Source: Planctomycetota bacterium (lineage in GTDB: Bacteria > Planctomycetota > SZUA-567 > H5-PLA8). Taken from it: 31,433 nt of DNA. Under the pieces are notes generated by a model. It had not been told where the DNA came from and made no database searches. It was given only the letters and a program-made list of their open reading frames with translations. Position 1 is the stretch's first letter, and each line of letters opens with the position of its first letter. This document shows positions 25,219-31,433 of the stretch, one piece after another. The translations under genes and the position numbers were made by a program. Location of the stretch: positions 1 to 31,433 of the forward strand of contig BTVV01000069.1 in the NCBI GenBank assembly GCA_045863855.1, given 5' to 3'.

Positions 25219-25947
25219 ATGCGCGTGGGAAGCGGGATCTTACTACTGGGCGGTGCGCTGGCGGCAGGAGCGCTGCGGGCGGAAGCCGAAACACCCGCGG
25301 CCGCGCAGGTCTCGATCTGGAAGCGCACCGCGACCATCGAGATCGAACAGACCTACATTCTCGCGGCGCTGGCCGCGTTTTCTTCCTCGACCAAGGCCGA
25401 AGTCTACATCGATCCGCGCATTCACCGCTTGCCCGAAGCGAAGCGTCTGGTCAGCCTCAAGGGCCAAGGCCAGCCGCTGCAAAGCGTGCTGGAGTCGCTC
25501 GTCAAGCAGGCGGGACTGCTCTTGGAAATGCGCGGCGAGAAGGCGCATGTCTCGCACGCGTCGCTCCCGTACCGCGAGTTGCTCGGTGTGTTCGAAGTCA
25601 GCGACTTGGCGGCCGGCGACAGCCGCCCCAAGACGGCCGAAGAGTTGTATCTCAGCGCCGAGGAACGCTACGGCTGCTGCCCGCACATGCTCGATAAGCA
25701 GAAAGCCGCCGACGCCGAAGCACGCTCGATCGTGAGCCGCCTGCAGCGCGCGGTCGCGCCGGGCAGTTGGAGCGAGAAGCAAGCGAGCGCCGAAGTGCTG
25801 CGCGGGCAACTGGCGGTCACGCATCGCCCTGAAGTGCTGGCGCAGATCCGCCCGTGGCTGGACCGCGAACGCGCGAACCGCACCGACCCGCTTGCCCAGA
25901 TGCCGGGCTCGAAAGCCAAGAACAAGAAAAAGCACGAAGACGACTGA
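25219..25947 (+). CDS. Hypothetical exported protein with an STN/secretin-N-like domain
   Basis: Signal peptide ending ALRA-E. 'YIDP..VSLK....LQSVLESL...GL' is STN-like. The C-terminal 'VAPGSW...LAVTH.PEV..QI..WL' segment resembles an N-domain. Confidence 0.6.
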   Translation: MRVGSGILLLGGALAAGALRAEAETPAAAQVSIWKRTATIEIEQTYILAALAAFSSSTKAEVYIDPRIHRLPEAKRLVSLKGQGQPLQSVLESLVKQAGLLLEMRGEKAHVSHASLPYRELLGVFEVSDLAAGDSRPKTAEELYLSAEERYGCCPHMLDKQKAADAEARSIVSRLQRAVAPGSWSEKQASAEVLRGQLAVTHRPEVLAQIRPWLDRERANRTDPLAQMPGSKAKNKKKHEDD

Positions 25948-26162
25948 CGCCAGCCTTTCCAATCTGGACCTCACAGGTGGTGATTTTTATACTAGGTGCA
26001 GACCCGGGTGTTCAGGATTGGTAGCCTATATTTGAACTTAGTGATTAAATTTACGCACCCTTCTGTTGAGTCCTGATCCTTCGAGCTTAAGCTCGCCGCT
26101 GCAACATGTGACGGCGGCGAGGCTTTCTAGATTGTGTGAAGAACTGTCCGCAGTTGGCGGAT

Positions 26163-26177
26163 TGGCCTCACGCTTGA
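26163..26177 (+). promoter_or_regulatory. Probable sigma-54-type promoter of glnB-glnA
   Basis: TGGCCT-CACGC-TTGA has correct spacing but GA instead of GC at -12. It lies about 80 nt upstream of glnB and is preceded by an AT-rich region. Confidence 0.45.
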
Positions 26178-26255
26178 TAGTGGTTTCATGCCTTTCTGTA
26201 GGGCTTGGAACAGCCTGAAGCGACCGACGTTAAACCCTGTCGAGGATGCCCAGCC

Positions 26256-26603
26256 ATGAAGTTGATCGAAGCGATTATTCAGCCGTCGCGCCTGGAGGCC
26301 GTAAAAGAGGCCCTCAGCGAGGTCGAAGTCGTGCGCTTGACGGTTTGCGACGTGCAGGGCTTCGGGCGCCAGAAGGGGCGCACGGAAATCTACCGCGGGC
26401 ATGAGTACACGGTGAATTTGCTGCGCAAGGTGAAGCTGGAGATCGCGGTGAACGACGATTTCGTCGAGCCGACGATCCAGGCGATCATCCGCGGCGGGCG
26501 CTCCGGTGAAGAAGGTCAAATCGGAGATGGCAAGATCTTCGTGTTGCCGTTAGAGGACTGCATTCGCATTCGCACGGGCGAGCGCGGTCCGGAAGCGATC
26601 TGA
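26256..26603 (+). CDS. glnB: P-II nitrogen regulatory protein (GlnB/GlnK)
   Basis: MKLIEAIIQP, T-loop GFGRQKG.TEIYRGHEY (Tyr51), IGDGKIFV, IRIRTGE. Directly upstream of glnA. Confidence 0.95.
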   Translation: MKLIEAIIQPSRLEAVKEALSEVEVVRLTVCDVQGFGRQKGRTEIYRGHEYTVNLLRKVKLEIAVNDDFVEPTIQAIIRGGRSGEEGQIGDGKIFVLPLEDCIRIRTGERGPEAI

Positions 26604-26764
26604 CGCTTCCGCGGCCGATCGTGGTCATGCGCCGGCGCCGGATTGGGTCCGCGTGCCGGCGGCGTTCGGGGGGACGCCGGGTCCTCCTTGCGCCTCGATG
26701 AAACCACACTTAAGGGTGCCCGCCGGTTTGCCGGCGGGGGAGCAGTTGGGATAGGAGCGTAGCG

Positions 26765-28195
26765 ATGGCGATTAAGACGGCGAAGGACGTCCTGGAACTG
26801 GCCAAGGCCAAGGGCGCGAATACGGTGGACTTCCGCTTCATGGACTTCATCGGGACTTGGCAGCACTTCTCTACGCCGATTCGTGAGCTGACGGAAGAAG
26901 TCTTCGCCGATGGGTTGGGCTTCGACGGTTCGTCCATCCGCGGCTGGCAGGGCATCCACGAGTCCGACATGCTCGTGATTCCCGTACCGGATACGGCCTT
27001 CATCGATCCCTTCTTCAAGGATCCGACCGTCGTCCTGATCTGCAACATCCAGGATCCGATCACGCGCGCCGATTACAGCCGCGATCCGCGCAACATCGCG
27101 CTCAAGGCCGAGAAGTACCTGGCCAGCACCGGCATCGCCGACACCGTCTACGTCGGGCCGGAAGCCGAGTTCTTCATCTTCGACAACATTCGCATCTTCG
27201 GCCAGACCAACGCGGCCGGCTACGAGATCGAATCCGAAGAAGGCCACTGGACCAGCTCCCGCGCGTCCAGCGAATCCCGCCCCAACCTGGGACACGACAT
27301 CCGCCCCAAGGAAGGGTACTTCCCCGTTCCGCCCATCGACCAGCAGCAGGACATCCGCAACGAGATGTCGCTGACGATGGAAGAGATCGGGCTCAAGATC
27401 GAGCGCCAGCACCACGAAGTCGCCACCGCCGGACAGGCCGAAATCGACTTCGTCTTCGACACGCTCGTCAAGACCGCCGACAACCTGATGAAGTACAAGT
27501 ACGTCGTCAAGAACGTGGCCAAGAAGCATGGCAAGTGCGCGACCTTCATGCCCAAGCCGCTCTTCGGCGACAACGGCAGTGGCATGCACACGCACATGTC
27601 CTTCTGGAAGGGCGGGAAGAACGCCTTCGCCGGAAGCGGCTACGCGGGGCTCTCGGAGATGGCGCTGCACGCCATGGGCGGCATCCTCAAGCACGCTCGC
27701 GCGCTGACGGCCTTCACCAACCCCACGACCAACAGCTACAAGCGCCTCACGCCCGGCTACGAAGCGCCGATCAACCTGGCGTACAGCGCCCGTAACCGTT
27801 CGGCTTGTCTGCGCATCCCGATGTTCAGCAACAACCCGAAGGCCAAGCGCTTCGAGTTCCGCTGTCCGGACCCGACCTGCAATCCGTACTTGGCCTTCGC
27901 GGCGCTCCTGATGGCCGCCGTCGACGGCATCCAGAACAAGATCGATCCGGGCCGGCCGCTCGATAAGGACATCTACGATCTGCCGCCGGACGAACTGGCC
28001 AAAGTGCCCAACACGCCGGGCAGCCTCGACGAAGCGCTGGAGGCGCTGGAAGAAGATCACGAGTTCCTGCTCAAGGGCGAGGTCTTCACCAACGACGTGG
28101 TCGATACGTGGATCAACTACAAGCGCAAGAAGGAATCGGACCAGGTTCGCCTGCGCCCGCATCCGCACGAGTTCTACCTGTACTTCGACATGTAA
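26765..28195 (+). CDS. glnA: Glutamine synthetase type I (GSI-beta)
   Basis: FDGSS, GPEAEFF, HHEVA, TFMPKP, GSGMH, NSYKRL.PGYEAP, NRSA, and the adenylylation-site motif DIYDLP. Confidence 0.97.
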   Translation: MAIKTAKDVLELAKAKGANTVDFRFMDFIGTWQHFSTPIRELTEEVFADGLGFDGSSIRGWQGIHESDMLVIPVPDTAFIDPFFKDPTVVLICNIQDPITRADYSRDPRNIALKAEKYLASTGIADTVYVGPEAEFFIFDNIRIFGQTNAAGYEIESEEGHWTSSRASSESRPNLGHDIRPKEGYFPVPPIDQQQDIRNEMSLTMEEIGLKIERQHHEVATAGQAEIDFVFDTLVKTADNLMKYKYVVKNVAKKHGKCATFMPKPLFGDNGSGMHTHMSFWKGGKNAFAGSGYAGLSEMALHAMGGILKHARALTAFTNPTTNSYKRLTPGYEAPINLAYSARNRSACLRIPMFSNNPKAKRFEFRCPDPTCNPYLAFAALLMAAVDGIQNKIDPGRPLDKDIYDLPPDELAKVPNTPGSLDEALEALEEDHEFLLKGEVFTNDVVDTWINYKRKKESDQVRLRPHPHEFYLYFDM

Positions 28196-28223
28196 TTCCG
28201 CGGGAAAGTCCTGCGAAATTCCG

Positions 28224-28260
28224 AACGGCGGCCTGGAACCCCCAGGCCGCCGTTTTCTTT
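28224..28260 (+). terminator. Intrinsic terminator after glnA
   Basis: 13-bp perfect stem AACGGCGGCCTGG / CCAGGCCGCCGTT followed by TTCTTT. Confidence 0.9.
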
Positions 28261-28424
28261 AACCCTTGAATGGCAAGGACCTGCCGCACGTCCCCGACTT
28301 AGGCGGGCATGCTGTACGAATGAGAATTTCCTTCGAAAGAACAGGTGCGGTTCTGTAACCTAATAGGTGCTGGATTTACCTGACTCCATTTTCTGGAAGC
28401 ACGATCAAGGCTGGAGAGCGACGC

Positions 28425-30479
28425 ATGTCGATGCGCATGAAGGCAATTTGGGTTCTTGGGCTGGCTCTGGCGCTGGGTGCCGGAGCGCCGGTGGAGGCCG
28501 CGGATGGCGCGACGCCCGAACAGGTGGCGCAGTGGATCAAAGACCTGGGCGACGAGAACTTCGACGTACGCACCGCCGCGCAGGAAAGCCTGGTCAAATC
28601 CGGCTCGCCGGCCGTCGAACCGCTCAAGGCCGCCCAAACCGCGAGCCAGGACATCGAGGTCAAGAACGCCATCGGCCAGGTGCTGCTGCGGCTCAAGTGG
28701 GCCGCGGTGCCCGGCGAGGCCCAGTACCTGGACCTTTTCCCGGCCGATACGGTGATGGTCGCCGGACTCTCCAATGCTTCGGCTTCGTGGGGCCGTCTGA
28801 AGGAATCGGCCTTCGGTAAGCTGCTTCAGGGCGAAGCCTTCAAGCCGCTGATGGGTTTGGCGGATAAGGAGATGAAAGGCGCGCCGGGTTGGCCGCTGAT
28901 CGAGAAGTGGCTGGCGCGCTTCAACGGATCGGCCGCCGCGGGCCTGTGGGCGTTTAACCCGATGGACCCCGCCAAGATGGGCGCCGCGCTGGTGGTGCAG
29001 CTTCCGGCCGAAGAGCCGGAAAAGGTGCTGCGCGAACTCCTCGCCGATACGGGGCTCGACCAGGGCTTGCAGGCCGATACCTCGCGCGGGCTGCCGCTAT
29101 GGGCCGCGCCCGGCGGGAACGGCGCTCTCGCGCTGGCCGGCCGGCATATGATCTTCGCGTCCAATCCCGACAGCGCCATGCGCATTGCCGACGGCCTTAT
29201 CGCGCCTGCCGAACAGCGCCTCACGACCAGCCCCGCTTACTCCAAGCTGCGGCCGCATCTGGGCGAAGGCGCGGACTTCACGTTCGTCATGAACATGGCC
29301 GAGTACCAGAAGATGCTCGGCGGCATGATGGCCATGATGGGCGGCGGAAACCTGCTCGAAAAACTCGGCTACGACGCCCTCGAGTACGTCGCGCTTGCCA
29401 GCCACATCCGCGGCCCGATGATCGAGGACCGCATGGTGGTGAGCATCTCCGAAAAAGAGACGAGCCTGACCAAGATCATGAACATGGGCTGGAAGAGTCC
29501 TACGCCGCTCAAGGACATCTTTGCGGTCGTTCCGGCCGACGCGGTCCTGGTCGGGAACAGCTACGTGGACGGCGCGGGCCTGCTGGAATACTTCGTCGGC
29601 TACATGAAGGGCATCGCCGAGATGCAGGCGCAGATGGGCCAGCCGATCGAGTTGAACCCCGACGAGATGATTCCGAAGGCCGAGGCCATCATGGGGCTCA
29701 AGATGGCCGACGTGGCCGGCGCCGTGCAGGGCGATCTGGTCTACTGGGCCAAGCTGCACCCCGGCTTGATCCCGCCGGATATCGGCATGGCACTGACCTG
29801 CGCGAGCCCCGAGAAGTCCGCCGAACTGGCCGCGACTTTCGAGAAGGTCGTCAACGCGGCGATCAAATCGGCCGAAGGGAAGGACGCGCCGGCGATCGAG
29901 AAGCAGACCAAGGAAGGCGCCACGATCTGGATCGAATCCGAAGACAGTCCGCTGTTGGAAGATCCGCAGCGCAAAGCCATCCCGTACCGGCTGTGCTGGA
30001 CGGTTTCGGGTAACCGCGTGCTCTTCGGCTCGTCGGCGCTCGCCTTGCAGAACCGGCTCAAGGGCATCGCGGCCGCCGAACCGGCTTACGATCCGGCCAA
30101 GCTCGTGGGCGAATTGCCGCCGGGACAGCTCGCGCCGAAGGTGGTGATGTCGTTGGACCTCAAGCAGATCCTCGAACTGGGCGTCAAGCAGGGGATTCCG
30201 ATGGCGGCGATGTTCATGCCCGCCGAGCAGGCCGAACTGCAACAGGCGCTGCTGGGCCTGACGCAGCAGCCGGAACTCTTCAAAGATTTGCCGCCGGTTA
30301 CCGGATTGGGTTTTGCGCCGCAGGCCGGCGTGCAGGTCACGGTGGTCCGCTCGCCCGTCGGCATGGTGCCGGCGTACGGCGGCCTGATGGCCGGTGTCGT
30401 GGGGTACTTCATGATGCAGCGCGGCGAAGCGGCCGGCGTGGGCGGCGGGGTTGTGGGTCCGGCGCCCGGCGGCTTCTAA
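28425..30479 (+). CDS. Large exported hypothetical protein: HEAT-like N-terminal module plus DUF3352-like body and a C-terminal hydrophobic segment
   Basis: Signal peptide KAIWVLGLALALGAGAPVEA. HEAT-like WIKDLGDENFDVRTAAQESL. Duplicated 'LFPADTVMV' / 'VVPADAVLV' halves. Strong host-like codon usage. Start could be 28425, 28431 or 28437. Confidence 0.7.
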   Translation: MSMRMKAIWVLGLALALGAGAPVEAADGATPEQVAQWIKDLGDENFDVRTAAQESLVKSGSPAVEPLKAAQTASQDIEVKNAIGQVLLRLKWAAVPGEAQYLDLFPADTVMVAGLSNASASWGRLKESAFGKLLQGEAFKPLMGLADKEMKGAPGWPLIEKWLARFNGSAAAGLWAFNPMDPAKMGAALVVQLPAEEPEKVLRELLADTGLDQGLQADTSRGLPLWAAPGGNGALALAGRHMIFASNPDSAMRIADGLIAPAEQRLTTSPAYSKLRPHLGEGADFTFVMNMAEYQKMLGGMMAMMGGGNLLEKLGYDALEYVALASHIRGPMIEDRMVVSISEKETSLTKIMNMGWKSPTPLKDIFAVVPADAVLVGNSYVDGAGLLEYFVGYMKGIAEMQAQMGQPIELNPDEMIPKAEAIMGLKMADVAGAVQGDLVYWAKLHPGLIPPDIGMALTCASPEKSAELAATFEKVVNAAIKSAEGKDAPAIEKQTKEGATIWIESEDSPLLEDPQRKAIPYRLCWTVSGNRVLFGSSALALQNRLKGIAAAEPAYDPAKLVGELPPGQLAPKVVMSLDLKQILELGVKQGIPMAAMFMPAEQAELQQALLGLTQQPELFKDLPPVTGLGFAPQAGVQVTVVRSPVGMVPAYGGLMAGVVGYFMMQRGEAAGVGGGVVGPAPGGF

Positions 30480-30506
30480 ACCCAGCCAGCCTTCGAACGC
30501 AATCCG

Positions 30507-30534
30507 AAACGGGCGCCCTTGCGGCGCCCGTTTT
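30507..30534. terminator. Bidirectional intrinsic terminator between convergent genes
   Basis: AAACGGGCGCC / GGCGCCCGTTT 11-bp stem with A and T runs on either side. Confidence 0.8.
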
Positions 30535-30585
30535 GCATTCAGGCCATTGGCAATTCGGGATCAGCAGTCGAGTACGGGGATGAGC

Positions 30586-31433
30586 TCAGTCATGACCAAC
30601 GCCTAAGGCCGCTCCGATCAGCTTGATTCCGAGCAGGTAAGTAAAGGATTTCAGCCGAGGCTCGTGCTTGTCCAAATCCCGAAGCCACTTTTTGAAATCA
30701 GGTGGCTTCACTTCGCTCAATCTATTAAGGGCATGGTCCCAATGGGTGCGTTCCTCGTCGGTCAAGCCGCGGTACCATAATACATACTTTGATAAGGACT
30801 CTCCCTGCAGTACGACGCCACCTAGGCAATTGCGTTGTTGCTCATTGTTTGGCGCAGTCCAAATGGCGTAGCAGAATCTGCGAGCCACCCCATTCGGACC
30901 AGGGTCGGGCAGCCAAGCGACCTGTCCTGCCTTCTCATCCCATGCTCCGTTGGTGAAGACAGGCTTGCCGGGGCAGCTTAGTCGGATGGAGTAACTGTGC
31001 ATGGTCAGCCAACCTTCTTCTTGCGCAAGGAAGAGCCACAGAAACTGTATGGTCGAAATAAACTCGTCCAGATTTGCGGGTTGGATGTCGGTTCCGATCG
31101 TGTGTTCGTCGACTTGGGCTCCAAGCTTGCTTAACGCAACGCGTGCCAGGGTCTTTAGGCCTTCGTGAGCACGCAGGAACTGCAACAGAGACTTTTCTAG
31201 CGCAGGAAGAGAAGACAAGAACGCGAGTTCTTTAGCCGTGGTCGTACTCGGCTCGTGGCCCAGTTTCCTTGCTAGCAGGCGTACAAGCAGCTTGCGCAGG
31301 AATTCTTGATGCTCGGCGCGATTCGCCTGGGATACCGCGCAAACGACCAAGGGTAATTCGTTCGCCTCAATATACTTTTTTGACAAGAGGCGAAGGGTAA
31401 TTTGAACTATGGCGCTCTCGCGGTCCTCGCGAC
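30586..31433 (-). CDS. Hypothetical protein with lower GC, 5'-truncated by the window edge
   Basis: The frame has no stop between the track's TTG at 31386 and the window end, so the true start is probably outside the window. No family recognised. Confidence 0.6.
   Translation of the reverse strand, partial: REDRESAIVQITLRLLSKKYIEANELPLVVCAVSQANRAEHQEFLRKLLVRLLARKLGHEPSTTTAKELAFLSSLPALEKSLLQFLRAHEGLKTLARVALSKLGAQVDEHTIGTDIQPANLDEFISTIQFLWLFLAQEEGWLTMHSYSIRLSCPGKPVFTNGAWDEKAGQVAWLPDPGPNGVARRFCYAIWTAPNNEQQRNCLGGVVLQGESLSKYVLWYRGLTDEERTHWDHALNRLSEVKPPDFKKWLRDLDKHEPRLKSFTYLLGIKLIGAALGVGHD

Noticed and set aside
26604..26764. glnA (glutamine) riboswitch
   Set aside because: I could not match its consensus, and that family is known mainly from cyanobacteria and marine metagenomes.
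26516..28168. 550-aa antisense ORF over glnA, and similar long antisense ORFs (10217-11602, 12539-14071, 16368-17753, 29097-30242)
   Set aside because: These are typical stop-poor mirror frames of high-GC3 genes and carry no recognisable motifs.
28270..28285. TGGCAAGGACCTGC as a sigma-54 promoter for the 28425 gene
   Set aside because: The GG-to-GC spacing is 9 nt rather than the strictly required 10.

Overview
High-GC bacterial chromosomal window. Taxonomy is inferred, not verified: it is probably Planctomycetota, given the PQQ/BamB-like propeller, the TIGR03067-like lipoprotein and the HEAT/DUF3352-like and STN-like exported proteins. About 28 protein genes are supported. They mix housekeeping genes (nadD, surE, tmk-holB, glnB-glnA), a sensor-less histidine kinase paired with a sigma-54 activator, a PrkA AAA+ kinase, an MFS/spermidine-synthase/TPR fusion, a UbiA prenyltransferase and many exported hypothetical proteins. 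No rRNA, tRNA, CRISPR array or transposase was seen. The main finding is that two ORFs the track splits (ending 9524 and 9537-9980) form one reading frame, 9276-9980, interrupted by a single in-frame TGA in the context E-C-(TGA)-L-G-G-R-M-L-R. A bacterial SECIS-like hairpin follows at 9537-9565. This points to an exported thioredoxin-fold selenoprotein with a vicinal Cys-Sec motif resembling the SCUG redox region of eukaryotic Selenoprotein N. Immediately downstream is a near-consensus sigma-54 promoter ahead of a secreted Thr/Ser/Gly-rich protein with a 67-aa repeat. A 38-aa membrane peptide ORF with a strong RBS (7030-7146, minus strand) is also missing from the ORF track.
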